Notes under the pieces: generated by a model
Databases searched by the model: none
Seen by the model: the letters and a program-made list of their open reading frames with translations, nothing else
Told to the model about the DNA's origin: nothing
NCBI GenBank assembly: GCA_965242555.1
Contig: CBDESO010000010.1
Location: 37,026 to 101,025 of the forward strand
DNA from: Dehalococcoidia bacterium
GTDB lineage: Bacteria; Chloroflexota; Dehalococcoidia; Lucifugimonadales; JADFKI01
Length of the DNA stretch: 64,000 nt
Direction: 5' to 3'
Program-made: the position numbers and the translations under genes
Shown here: positions 48,515 through 58,643 of the stretch, piece by piece
Layout of the letters: every line of letters begins with the position of its first letter
Position numbering within the stretch: the stretch's first letter is position 1

Positions 48515-48754
48515 ATGACGCTACCGCTACGCCGCCCGCCCCGGCCCGGCAATCTCACGCCGCTAATCGCCGCCATAGCCCTGCTAGGCGCGGCGCGCGC
48601 CCTCGCGCGGCAGCTCGGCTACGGCGTCAACCTTGACGCCAAATGCGTCATCATAGCCAACCTTCCCCCCTACCCCATAGCCACCATCCGCACCGGCCAA
48701 TTCGTCCCCGGCGAGGCCGCCCTATGGCGCGTTGAATTCGCCCCATCCGAATAA
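48515..48754 (+). CDS. small hypothetical protein (one hydrophobic segment)
   Basis: 79-aa ORF. TATAAT at 48501-48506 lies only 8 nt before the ATG, so the transcript may be leaderless. No homology recognisable. Confidence 0.3.
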   Translation: MTLPLRRPPRPGNLTPLIAAIALLGAARALARQLGYGVNLDAKCVIIANLPPYPIATIRTGQFVPGEAALWRVEFAPSE

Positions 48755-48768
48755 CGCGCGCGCCTTCC

Positions 48769-51700
48769 CTATCCCCCGCCCGCGCCGCCAACCAACCCCG
48801 GCAATTCGTCCAGTAACGCCCGAAAATCCACCTCCTGCAGCCCATCCCCCGCCCGCGCGCGCCGTATGAACAAAAACTGCACCGCCCTCACACGCTTGCC
48901 CGCCGCCCGCTCCACCGCATAGGCGTAGCAAGCCCCCTGATACCGATACCGCGCCCGCTTGCGCTCCAGATCCCGCGCGCTCCGAACATCATCCGTCTTG
49001 TAATCCAGGATCACCAGCTCCCCGTCATCCGTCTCATACAGCAAGTCTATGATGCCCTCCAGCGCCACCTGCCGCCCGTCCACATCAAGCGGCGCCGCCA
49101 CCGATATTTCGCTCCACCGCCGCTCAGCCCGCAGCGCCTCGCCAACCGCATTATGCGCCAGCGCATCCCCCGCCAGCCGCCTAACCTCCGCCTTGTTAGA
49201 CACGCCATAATACGCCGCCTGCCGATCCGCCAGTCGCCTAATCTCAGCCTCATAGCCCGCAACCAGCCCATCCAAGTCATCCCCGGCCCCAAGCGGCAGA
49301 CGCGGCGCAAGCAGCTCCAGCGCCGACTGCAGCGTCGCGTGAACCGCGCTGCCCACAGCCGTCCCGCCGCGCCCGGCCAGCCAAGGCCGCTCATCGTCCG
49401 GCTCAGATTCCTTGTCCTCAATATCCCCCCAATCGTCCGGCCGATCCTTGGCATTGCGCGCCACCCGCGTTGCCGTAACCGCCAGCGCCGCCGCGCTCTT
49501 GCCAATCGCCGCCGCCCGCCTTTCCCGCCAAGCGTCTATGTCATAATCATCAACCAGCGTCGCGCCATCAGATGACGCCGCCGCCGCATCGCGCACAGGC
49601 AGCGCCTCGCTCAGATCCAACCAAGTGTGCGGCAAATCATCCGACATTTCTTGAATCTTCCCCGCTATCACATCGTCTTTGGGAGCGCCGTCAGATCCCG
49701 CCTTGTGATGCAAGCTGACATACAGATAATCCCGCGCCCGCGTTGCCGCCACATACGCAAGCCGAACAGCCTCCGCCTCCGAGTGCCGCTTTTCCCCCTC
49801 AGCCAGCGCGTCATACCTCGGCGTCCTGAAATCCTTCGAGAACGCAACCTCCACGCTATTCGTATCCTTATCAAACTGAACCGCCGCCCCGCCGCGCGCG
49901 CCGCCGCCAGCGCTGTCAAGCCCCAGCAATATCACAATCGGAAACTCCAGCCCCTTCGAGCCGTGCATCGTCATAATTCGGACGGCATCCTCGTCGCCGT
50001 CCGGCATATCCGGCTGCTGAATCTGCGCCCCCTCTTCCTGCTGCCGCGCCGCCCAGCGGATGAACTGGTTCAGCGTATTCGTCCCCGCCGCATCCCGCGC
50101 CCGCGCCTCCTCCAGCAAAAACCGCCGCCGCCGCCAAGCCTCCCTGGGCCTAGCCTCCGCCAAATCCAGCTCATCAAAACGCCTATCCCGCGTGAACTCC
50201 GCTATCAGCTGCGCCGTACTCTTGCCCAGTCTATCCTGATGATACCCCCGCAGCGCCACCAGCCCGTCCCCCACCGGCGAACCCGCCGCTTGCGCCTTGC
50301 CATCCAACCCGCGCGCCAGATAATCCCACCAGCCGCCGCCTTCCCGCCAGCGCATCAAATCCACATCCGAACACGCAAACGCCGGCGACCGCAGCGCCGC
50401 CACAACCGAAACCTCGTCAGTCGGATCGTCTATCGCCCGCAGGCAGTTCAACATATCCCGAACCTCCTGCGTATCAAACAGCAGCGACCCGCCCTCCAGC
50501 CGATACGGTATGCCCGCATCCTCCAGCCCGCGCTCCAATATCCCCAACCCCGTCCGCGACCGCACAAGAACGCACACATCCCGCCGCTCCGCCTTGCGCT
50601 CGCATTTCTTCCCCTTGTCATATACACTCAGATTGCCCACTCCCCCTATAATAGCCGCCACATCCCGCGCCTGCTGCATGCGTACATCATCCGCCTTATC
50701 CTGAGACGCTCCCCCGAACACCCTCACCGCGCCCTTGCCAACTTGATGATCGCCCTTGTGCGCCACTAGCGGGATATACTTCGCTTGCGCCGACTGCTCC
50801 CCATCATCCTGCGCCATAATCTTCCCGAACAGCGCGTTCACCCAATCCACCACCGCCGCCTGCGACCGGCGATTGTTCACAATCACCAGCCGTTCAAGCC
50901 GCCCGCTTTTGACAACCCGCTCCGTAACCCCAATATCCGCCCGCCGAAAGCGGTATATTGACTGCTTGGGATCCCCCACAATAAACAACTTGCCCGCCAC
51001 CAGCGGCAACTCATCCCACGCCGCCTTCCCTATCGGCGCATCCGCCGCCGCCGCGAGATAAAACGCGATTTCGGCCTGCAGAGGATCGGTATCCTGAAAC
51101 TCGTCTATGAGTATATGCGAATACTTCCCCTGAAAATGCCCGCGCGCGCCCTCATTATCCCGCACCAAATCCCTCGCCCACGCCAGCATATCTTGAAATC
51201 CCGCTACCCCGTCCGACTTGCGCTCAGCCTCATACTCCACCGCGAATTCGCGCTGCAGATCGCGCAACAACTCCGACAGCGCCGCCATCCTAACCCCGTT
51301 CTGAAACGCCTGCCCCGCCGCGCGGAACTTATCCCGAACCTCTTTCGGCGCGACCGACCAGTTTCTCTGAGTTCCCACCCCGCCTGAGAAATCAACCTTC
51401 CTGCCATCAGCCTCCCCCTCCGCCAGCGCCACCGCAACCCCCGAAACCGAACCCGCCGCCTCAAGCGCCGCCTCTAGCGTTTGGATAGCCCCCTCAAGCT
51501 GCCCATACAACTTGTCCGAAGTGTCAACGCACAAATCGGCCAACGCCGTCAGTTCGCCCAGCGCGCCATCCGCCAGCGCCGCCAAGTCGGCCTTGCCCAA
51601 AACGCCCGCATCACGCAGCCTATCATCCCCCCCAAACGCCGCCGCCACTTCCCGCCACTTGCCCGCGCCCTGACGCAGCCGCAGCAGCGCCCGCAGCGCA

Positions 51701-52215
51701 TCCTGCAATGGGGGCGGCGCATCAGCCCCCAGCGCCCGCTCCCGCCACCTATCCCACCTATCCGCGAAACGCTCAGCCCCCTCGATCTCGTCCATAGGCG
51801 ACCAGCCCGGCGGCAGCCCCGCCTCCATCGGCCGCTCTTGCAGCAACTGCGCCGCGAAACTATGTATCGTCTGAATAGCCGCCTGGTCAATCTCGCCCAA
51901 CGCCCGCTCTACATTCGCCCTTTCGTCGGCAGTCAGCGGATACAGCGCATCGCCATCGTTAGCGGAATGCTCGTCATCAAGCAGCTGCTCCATCCGCGAC
52001 CGAATCCGCTCCGAAAGCTCAGCCGCCGCCGCCTCGGTGAATGTAATCGCCACAATCCCGCCCATCGGATTGCCCGCCTTCACCAGCGCCACCACGCGGC
52101 TCACCAGCGCGTATGTCTTGCCCGTTCCCGCGCCCGCCTCCACGATGAAGTTCGCATCCAACTCCCCCGTGATGCGCTCCAGCGTCCTGCCATCATCGTT
52201 ATGCGTCGTCATCAC
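48769..52215 (-). CDS. addA: UvrD-type helicase / RecB-type nuclease, AddA-like subunit
   Basis: Motif I AGAGTGKT, motif II LIDEFQDTD. C-terminal nuclease motif GIIDLLYETDDGELVILDYKTD. Confidence 0.85.
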   Translation of the reverse strand: MMTTHNDDGRTLERITGELDANFIVEAGAGTGKTYALVSRVVALVKAGNPMGGIVAITFTEAAAAELSERIRSRMEQLLDDEHSANDGDALYPLTADERANVERALGEIDQAAIQTIHSFAAQLLQERPMEAGLPPGWSPMDEIEGAERFADRWDRWRERALGADAPPPLQDALRALLRLRQGAGKWREVAAAFGGDDRLRDAGVLGKADLAALADGALGELTALADLCVDTSDKLYGQLEGAIQTLEAALEAAGSVSGVAVALAEGEADGRKVDFSGGVGTQRNWSVAPKEVRDKFRAAGQAFQNGVRMAALSELLRDLQREFAVEYEAERKSDGVAGFQDMLAWARDLVRDNEGARGHFQGKYSHILIDEFQDTDPLQAEIAFYLAAAADAPIGKAAWDELPLVAGKLFIVGDPKQSIYRFRRADIGVTERVVKSGRLERLVIVNNRRSQAAVVDWVNALFGKIMAQDDGEQSAQAKYIPLVAHKGDHQVGKGAVRVFGGASQDKADDVRMQQARDVAAIIGGVGNLSVYDKGKKCERKAERRDVCVLVRSRTGLGILERGLEDAGIPYRLEGGSLLFDTQEVRDMLNCLRAIDDPTDEVSVVAALRSPAFACSDVDLMRWREGGGWWDYLARGLDGKAQAAGSPVGDGLVALRGYHQDRLGKSTAQLIAEFTRDRRFDELDLAEARPREAWRRRRFLLEEARARDAAGTNTLNQFIRWAARQQEEGAQIQQPDMPDGDEDAVRIMTMHGSKGLEFPIVILLGLDSAGGGARGGAAVQFDKDTNSVEVAFSKDFRTPRYDALAEGEKRHSEAEAVRLAYVAATRARDYLYVSLHHKAGSDGAPKDDVIAGKIQEMSDDLPHTWLDLSEALPVRDAAAASSDGATLVDDYDIDAWRERRAAAIGKSAAALAVTATRVARNAKDRPDDWGDIEDKESEPDDERPWLAGRGGTAVGSAVHATLQSALELLAPRLPLGAGDDLDGLVAGYEAEIRRLADRQAAYYGVSNKAEVRRLAGDALAHNAVGEALRAERRWSEISVAAPLDVDGRQVALEGIIDLLYETDDGELVILDYKTDDVRSARDLERKRARYRYQGACYAYAVERAAGKRVRAVQFLFIRRARAGDGLQEVDFRALLDELPGLVGGAGGG

Positions 52216-55200
52216 TACCCTCGACCTCTATCGCCGCCTTGCCGCCCAGCTCGTTGAACGCCCGCGCGCGCCTATCCCCCGCCTTGCGCTCCCATATCTG
52301 CCGCCGCCGCGCCGGGCAAAGCCGCTTGAAATCGCAGTAGCCGCAGTTCGTCCCGCCCCAAGCGTCGCTTTCGCTTTCGGGCGCAGCCGGAAACGCGCCC
52401 GCCCGCGCCGATCCCACAATCCGCCGCAGCGTCCTGTGAAACGCGTCCCGCTGTTCATCGGTCCCGCTGTACGCCTGTACATCGTGCGTATATCTATCCG
52501 CCAGCGGAAAGCAATAAGTCGCCACCACATCATCCGCGTCCGGATACATCCGCCTAGCCGCCGCCCAGTACACCGGCATCTGCAGCGCCCGCCCATTGCC
52601 AACCGTCAGCGTATTCTGACTATTCCCGCGATAACTATCCGGCCTTCCCGTCTTGAAATCCCGCACCCGCGCGCCGCTGTCAGCCATCACATCCACCCTG
52701 TCAATCTTGCCGCGCACCCACAAATTCCCCAACTCCGGCACAGACACCAACTCCTCAAACGCAACTTCCGCGCTTGACTCCGACCGACCACTTAGCCACC
52801 CCGTTCCCGGCGCATACTCCAGTTCATAGAAATTCTCCAGCCGCTCCCTAATCCGCTCTTTCTCAATCTCCCACAGCAGCCAATACCCCGTAACCCCGCG
52901 CCGCTCGGCATCCGCAAACTCCTCCCCCGCCAGCGCCATCAGCCGCTCCCCGCTATCGCCGCCCTCTGCCACGAACCGCTCCAATACCTTATGCACCAGC
53001 GACCCGCGCTCCAGCGGCGAAATCTCATCCTCCTCCTCAGCGGCAGCCCCTTGTATTCGCAAAACGCGCCCCAAGAAATACCGATACGGGCAAGCCGCCC
53101 AAGTCTCAAGCTGACTCGGCGACAGCATACGCCCTTCACTGCCAATCCCCCGCAACCGCGCAAAATCGCCGCCAACCACCCCATCCCACTCAGTCAGCGC
53201 CCTGCTAAACTTGGCATCCCGCGCCTCCAGCGCCCTAACCATCCGCCGATCCCCCGCTATCGCGTCATGAGACGCCAAGCGCGCTTTGGGATGATCCACC
53301 AACCGCGTCAGCCGATAATCAGCGTCATCCGCCGCCGCCTTATCTTTCGCACCCGCATCCCGCAACCCCTCTTCCCGCGACCGCGCCACCGCCAACCACG
53401 CCTTGCCCTCCGCGTCAGCCGTCAAATTCTCATACGACAGCCTGCCCTCGCCGCGATGCGCCTTATGAACCACATTCGCCGCCTCTATCAGCCACCGCGA
53501 CGGATACGCCGCCCGATGCCCCGACACCGTCGCCGGACAGCACAGCGCCGCCCGACTCGCCCCCGCCAGCGCCGCCAAAAAGTCATACCGCTGCAGCCCA
53601 ACCTCCGCCTGCCGATCCTCCGCGCTAACATCCAGCCAAGAACTCGTCCGCGGCCTCGTCGGGAACAGCCGCTCCGCCATACCCACCACATACACCGCGT
53701 CATACTCAGCCCCCGCGACGCCCGCCGGCGGCCCCACATACACCCCCGCCCCAACCGGACTTCCCCGCTCCGACGCCCGCCGCTGCAGCCCTTCATACAC
53801 AACCGCCAACAGCGCCGCCGCGTCATAATCGGCATCCCAATCATCAAGCAGCGCCAGCTCTTGGATGAACTCGTCTATCATCCGATCATCATCCCCGCCC
53901 CTGCCGCCATCGCCCCCCCGCGCCTGATACGCGCCCTTAGCCTCTCTCAGCAGCCTTGACGCCGACTTCCAATCCCTCGCATCCGCAAGCCCGCGCAACC
54001 GCTCACCCAATCCCTCAACGAACATCAGCAAATTCTCAGCCAGCGGCCGCTCCCGCGCTTGCGTTTCAGCCCCATCATTCAGCTCTCGCAACCGCAACTC
54101 CAAGCTCTCGATATGCGCCCGCAATCGCCCGCCCCACTGCGCCGCGCCGCCATTCGCCCGCGCGTTTCGCGCAATCTCAACCCACCCCGTAGCCGCAACC
54201 GGCGCGCGCCCGCCCGCCCCATCCGGATTAGCCACCGGCGTATTCGTCAGCCACTCCGCCAGCGTTTCGCGCTCTATCTCGCCCTCCGCCCCCAAATCCG
54301 CCGCCAGCCGCGCAATCCCCAGCGTCAGACGCCCCGGCAGCGTATCCCCCAACGTCCGCCGCTCCACGCCGGCGAATGGCATATCCGCAAATTTAAGTTC
54401 CTGCCGCAGCAAACTCGCATACGGCTCCGCCTGCGGATGCACAATCGCAACCCGATGAAACGGCAGCCCATCCCGCTCGCTATCGGCGGCAATGCACCTA
54501 ATAACCGCCCGCGCCTCCTCCCCCGGATCCGGCGCCACTATCACGGATAGATTGCCCGCGTCAGCCAGCCGCCCCACCGGATCCGCGCCCACGTCGCCAT
54601 CACCCTTGCCATCCCACCCCAACCCACTCAGCAGTTCACACACAGGCTTGTCAGCGTCATCATCCCCCACCATCCCGCCAATCACGCGGCACTTCCCCCG
54701 CCCCAACAGCGCCAGCGCCAACCGCTTATCCCCCTCCGACATCCGGCGCGGCAGATAATACACCACCGCCGGCTCGCCGCCCGCCCCCCAATGCGCCTCC
54801 AGCGCGTCAGCCGCAATATCCGGCAACTGCGCCGCCATATAATAATCGTAATCCGCCCGCTCCCGCAGCATATCCCGAAAGCGCTCATACAACCGCTCCA
54901 CATCGGCGTCAGCATCGCCTTCAACCTGCCCCCGCCCTTCGCGCATCCGCCGAAACGCCTCCACCAAACTCCGCTGCAACTGCCGCTTGCCCGCCGCGCT
55001 AAATGATGCGATAACGCCGTCCGCGCCGTCTTCGGCTTGCAAATCGTCTATCACCCGCCGCGCCGCCTGCGACTCCAACAGCGGCGTCAGCATCCGCCGC
55101 TGCTTGCCCTCAACCGGCTCCCCCAACAGCGGCGCCGCCACTATCCCCGCCAGCCGCTGCCTGCCCATCACGCTCACATTGATAGACCCCGCCAACCCCA

Positions 55201-55342
55201 ACCAATGCCGCACAGACCGCGCCGCGTCCGAATGATCCGCCACCACAATAACCTGCGCGAAAGGATCATCCCCCTGCGCCATCTTCACCGCATCCCGCAA
55301 CGCATCAAGACTATCTTTGCCAACGGCCACAGCAGTAATCAC
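52199..55342 (-). CDS. addB: helicase-nuclease complex subunit B-like (AddB/RexB-type, Fe-S nuclease domain)
   Basis: C-terminal PD-(D/E)XK RGKIDRVD...VRDFKTG, flanked by Cys ligands (WAACPYRYF ... NCGYCDFKRLC). Overlaps addA by 17 nt. Confidence 0.75.
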   Translation of the reverse strand: MITAVAVGKDSLDALRDAVKMAQGDDPFAQVIVVADHSDAARSVRHWLGLAGSINVSVMGRQRLAGIVAAPLLGEPVEGKQRRMLTPLLESQAARRVIDDLQAEDGADGVIASFSAAGKRQLQRSLVEAFRRMREGRGQVEGDADADVERLYERFRDMLRERADYDYYMAAQLPDIAADALEAHWGAGGEPAVVYYLPRRMSEGDKRLALALLGRGKCRVIGGMVGDDDADKPVCELLSGLGWDGKGDGDVGADPVGRLADAGNLSVIVAPDPGEEARAVIRCIAADSERDGLPFHRVAIVHPQAEPYASLLRQELKFADMPFAGVERRTLGDTLPGRLTLGIARLAADLGAEGEIERETLAEWLTNTPVANPDGAGGRAPVAATGWVEIARNARANGGAAQWGGRLRAHIESLELRLRELNDGAETQARERPLAENLLMFVEGLGERLRGLADARDWKSASRLLREAKGAYQARGGDGGRGGDDDRMIDEFIQELALLDDWDADYDAAALLAVVYEGLQRRASERGSPVGAGVYVGPPAGVAGAEYDAVYVVGMAERLFPTRPRTSSWLDVSAEDRQAEVGLQRYDFLAALAGASRAALCCPATVSGHRAAYPSRWLIEAANVVHKAHRGEGRLSYENLTADAEGKAWLAVARSREEGLRDAGAKDKAAADDADYRLTRLVDHPKARLASHDAIAGDRRMVRALEARDAKFSRALTEWDGVVGGDFARLRGIGSEGRMLSPSQLETWAACPYRYFLGRVLRIQGAAAEEEDEISPLERGSLVHKVLERFVAEGGDSGERLMALAGEEFADAERRGVTGYWLLWEIEKERIRERLENFYELEYAPGTGWLSGRSESSAEVAFEELVSVPELGNLWVRGKIDRVDVMADSGARVRDFKTGRPDSYRGNSQNTLTVGNGRALQMPVYWAAARRMYPDADDVVATYCFPLADRYTHDVQAYSGTDEQRDAFHRTLRRIVGSARAGAFPAAPESESDAWGGTNCGYCDFKRLCPARRRQIWERKAGDRRARAFNELGGKAAIEVEGSDDDA

Positions 55343-55390
55343 GCCATTCGTCCCCTAACGCCAACTTCGGGAAAACCTACCTTGAATGAA

Positions 55391-55442
55391 CCCACCCACC
55401 CAAAAGTTTTTAGTTACTTTTTTCCAAAAAAGCAACACCCGG
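55391..55442 (+). repeat. AT-rich double-palindrome intergenic element, copy B
   Basis: CCCACCCACCCAAAAGTTTTTAGTTACTTTTTTCCAAAAAAGCAACACCCGG. One mismatch in palindrome 2. Confidence 0.8.
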
Positions 55443-55547
55443 CGTTCCCCCTAAAACCCGACAACCATCCGAGAAACGCCCACGCAACCGCTATCCCCGG
55501 CGATTAAGACGCGCCAATCCCTGATTGCACACCCAATACCGCTACCC

Positions 55548-56297
55548 CTACGTCGCCGTATGCCCCCCATCAATCACCAGCTCGCTCCCCGTCATATACG
55601 ACGCCTCGTCCGACGCCAAAAACAAAACCCCCTTCGCAACATCATCCGCCCGCCCCATACGCCCCAGCGGTATCCCAGCCGCCCGCGCCTCGCGCATCCC
55701 CTCTTCGGGAAACACCAAATCCAGCATATCCGTCTCTATCGGCCCCGGATGCACCGAATTCACCCGTATGCCATCCGCCGCATGCTGAACCGCGCTAGAC
55801 TTAGTCAGCAGCCGCACCGCCCCCTTGGATGCGTTATACGCCGTTGACCCCGCGCTCCCGATAATCCCCGCGATAGACGAGATATTCACAATAGACCCGC
55901 CGCCGCTCGCCCGCATCGCCGGCACTGCCGCCCTAGTCCCCAGAAACACGCCCTTGCCGTTTATCCCCAGCATCGCATCCCAATCCGCCGCGCTCGTCTC
56001 CTCCACATTCGCCCGATGAAATATCCCCGCGTTATTCACCAGAACATCAAGCCCGCCATACGCGCTAACCGTGGCGTCCACCGCCTCAGCCCACTCCCGC
56101 TCGCTAGTCACATCCAGCCTTGCGAACATCGCCTCGCCGCCCGCCGCCGCAATCTCAGCCACTAGCGCCCGCCCCTCATCCTCCCTAATATCCCCAATGC
56201 ACACCCTCGCCCCTTCCCGCGCGAACAGCCGCGCCTCCACCGCTCCCATCCCCCTCGCCCCTCCGCTAATCAGCGCAACCTTGCCCTCAAGTCTCAC
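55548..56297 (-). CDS. SDR-family oxidoreductase
   Basis: GKVALISGGARGMG (TGxxxGxG-type), NNAG, catalytic YNASK, SELVIDGG. Confidence 0.9.
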   Translation of the reverse strand: MRLEGKVALISGGARGMGAVEARLFAREGARVCIGDIREDEGRALVAEIAAAGGEAMFARLDVTSEREWAEAVDATVSAYGGLDVLVNNAGIFHRANVEETSAADWDAMLGINGKGVFLGTRAAVPAMRASGGGSIVNISSIAGIIGSAGSTAYNASKGAVRLLTKSSAVQHAADGIRVNSVHPGPIETDMLDLVFPEEGMREARAAGIPLGRMGRADDVAKGVLFLASDEASYMTGSELVIDGGHTAT

Positions 56298-56395
56298 GAC
56301 AGCGCCTCCCCAAAGCTAAAGCGTATGCCATCACCCTGATGTTTATGCAGTAGGAAGAAAAACAGAGCGGCCATCACAACCGCCGCCCCTAAAAG

Positions 56396-56470
56396 TGGAG
56401 CGGGAGATGGGATTCGAACCCACGACATTCTGCTTGGGAAGCAGATGCTCTACCCCTGAGCTACTCCCGC
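56396..56470 (-). tRNA. tRNA-Gly (anticodon CCC), CCA encoded
   Basis: Reverse complement: GCGGGAGTAGCTCAGGGGTAGAGCATCTGCTTCCCAAGCAGAATGTCGTGGGTTCGAATCCCATCTCCCGCTCCA. 7-bp acceptor stem GCGGGAG/CTCCCGC, anticodon loop TTCCCAA, T-loop GGTTCGAATCC. Confidence 0.93.
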
Positions 56471-56699
56471 CCTCAACGCGCCCCCTAATTATAACAACTA
56501 TCCGCCATTATCTCAACGCCCACTCCCGCCCTGATTATCGTTTCCATTCATCCGGTCGTATATCTACCGCTGCAACCGATTGGATGGCGTTGTCGCCGTC
56601 GCCCGCCTTATCAGCTGGAGTACAACCTGCCAAACTCTCAAAACCATCCGAAAAGAAACGCCGCCAAAAACGCAACGCGCAACCTGACTACGCGCCCTT

Positions 56700-57836
56700 T
56701 TATCTTACCGAAAAGTCGCGCGGGTTTTTCAAGATGTGCTTGTTGCCTACGCGGTGGATGTCCCCGTACACGCTTACTTCTAGGCTTTCGTCAAACGCGC
56801 GAAAGACTTCTTCGCGGTGGTTCGGGCTAAGGTGAACCTGCAGCGTCACAGGTCGGCCGTCAAGTTCATACACTATCGCGCATTCCCCCGTGAAGTCCGC
56901 TTTGGGATCTCTGGACAGCCGCACAACCTCGCCGGTGATGTGCGCGTCCACGAAAGGGATGCTCCGGCGCAGCCAATCCGCGCCTTCGGCGAGCGCATCG
57001 CCTGAGCTTTTCGTAAAGGCGAAAACGCCGTCGGGCGCGCTTGACGGACGCGCGGCGGCCCACCGCTGTTCAATTTGGACGCCGCCGCGCACTGCAAGCG
57101 CGGCGATAGCTTCGCAGGAATTCGCGCTGACGCCCCGCGCATCGGCTTTCTCAAACGCCGCCGCCGCATCGGAGCCGCCTATTAGCGCGTCCGCCACATA
57201 TCGAGCGCTCGCCAGCCCCTTGTTCAGCGCAAGTGTGACTTGGCGAGGAAACGGCGGCTTGACCGCGTCATCCATATATCCCTGTTCGCCGTAACCCGCA
57301 GGCACGAGGGAATGCAGCGTCAAGCCCTGCCCGTCCTCATATCCCGGCAGCGCCTGAACGCCGCGCGCGTATTCGGCGACGCTCGCGCTAATCCTGCCGC
57401 GATGCACGAGTTGATTGGGGCGCTCAACAGCGCGCGCCGCCGCTGTCATCAGATCTTGCGAATGGTCTAGCAGATCGGTGCTGTCGGCAAGAGACCACAT
57501 TCGCGCCGATGCGCCGTTCAGCGGCCGTATCGTAACCACATCCGCCCGCGCGCCCAACAGATCGCGATACACATCCAGTTGAGAGCGCTCTTCCAGCTCA
57601 GCCAATAGCGCGACCGCCTCATACATCCGCGTAGCGTAGCTGCCGGACAACTCCCTCAGCGGCGCTAGAACCTCCGAGGGCTGCCCGTTATGCTCCTTTG
57701 ACCACACCTGTATGCGGCCGCGCCAAGTGTCCGCCTGAACCCAGTCGCGGCTTTGGAGATAGGCGCGCAACGCCGTAGGCGGCACTCGGCTCAATGCGGC
57801 GGCGTCCGTTATCTGAACATCCATCACTTGCCTCAT
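56700..57836 (-). CDS. hypothetical 378-aa protein, partner of the DUF4365-like gene
   Basis: Start at ATG 57836 (MRQVMDVQITD), 5 nt after the upstream gene's stop. No recognisable domain. One weak R-x4-H (RVGNKH) near the C-terminus. Confidence 0.6.
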   Translation of the reverse strand: MRQVMDVQITDAAALSRVPPTALRAYLQSRDWVQADTWRGRIQVWSKEHNGQPSEVLAPLRELSGSYATRMYEAVALLAELEERSQLDVYRDLLGARADVVTIRPLNGASARMWSLADSTDLLDHSQDLMTAAARAVERPNQLVHRGRISASVAEYARGVQALPGYEDGQGLTLHSLVPAGYGEQGYMDDAVKPPFPRQVTLALNKGLASARYVADALIGGSDAAAAFEKADARGVSANSCEAIAALAVRGGVQIEQRWAAARPSSAPDGVFAFTKSSGDALAEGADWLRRSIPFVDAHITGEVVRLSRDPKADFTGECAIVYELDGRPVTLQVHLSPNHREEVFRAFDESLEVSVYGDIHRVGNKHILKNPRDFSVR

Positions 57837-57840
57837 ATGA

Positions 57841-58320
57841 TTAAAGCAGTTGGCTGAACATATCCGACAGCCCGTCTGCGCTAAACATGTTCGCCAACGG
57901 CACATCAACCCTTTGGGTATATCTGTTGCGCGATGGCAACCTTCCCATTAGCGACGTCCAGTAAGCGCATTGCCTCAGGCACAATTCACTATCGCTTTGG
58001 CTAACCCACTCTTCCCGCTCGTTTGGCATAAGATATAATATCAGGATGCGCGGGGCGTCGTCCGATACGATTAGCTGATTGTAGTTCTCGACCCGCAGAT
58101 CATACTGGATATTCCCGCCGCTCAATTCCAACTGCCGCGTAGTGGACTTAATCTGAAAGTCCACTTTGTTCATTCCCCCGCGCGGCGCCTCAATTGTGCC
58201 ATCTATGCCGCGGTCAACCACAGGGAATGACATATTGCATCCGGCGTCGAAAACCACCGACCGCACATAAGCAAGCGATAGTTGCTCTTGGATTGCGTTG
58301 GATGGCATAGGTTGATTCAT
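57841..58320 (-). CDS. DUF4365-like PD-(D/E)XK nuclease-fold protein
   Basis: Start at ATG 58320 (MNQPMPSNAIQEQLSLAYV; GGAG 7 nt upstream). EQLSLAYV...VDRGIDGTIE...VDFQIKSTT core and C-terminal AYWTSLMG...VDVPLANMF match my recollection of DUF4365. G+C 28/60 at 58021-58080. Confidence 0.6.
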   Translation of the reverse strand: MNQPMPSNAIQEQLSLAYVRSVVFDAGCNMSFPVVDRGIDGTIEAPRGGMNKVDFQIKSTTRQLELSGGNIQYDLRVENYNQLIVSDDAPRILILYLMPNEREEWVSQSDSELCLRQCAYWTSLMGRLPSRNRYTQRVDVPLANMFSADGLSDMFSQLL

Positions 58321-58643
58321 TGATCGCTCCGACCGGCCTATCGTTGCCCGTATATTAGCGCAGAAACTAAGTAGCGTGTTCGCCCTCGCAAGCGATTGCC
58401 CCGCGATAACACGCCCGCGACAACACACGACAACACAAAGATAGCGTTTCTTTTCGGCCGGCTTTGAGAAGTTCGGCAAGTTGTTCGCCACTGATAAAGC
58501 GGGCGGTTGCGGCAAGGTCGTCCAACCGGCCTGCAGCGGCAGATATATTCAACCACCTGAGTGGAAACGCTTGCCGCGCCCTTATTCGGCAACCCCCAAC
58601 CACATGCGCCCTTGCAGCGCCCACGCCCGCCCTGACGTGACGC

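Noticed and set aside
56298-58643. Integrative island bounded by a direct repeat of the tRNA-Gly 3' end.
   Set aside because: I found no second copy of the tRNA 3' segment (GGGTTCGAATCCCATCTCCCGCTCCA or its complement) and no integrase gene in the window. The cassette lies on the 5' side of the tRNA, not the usual 3' integration side.
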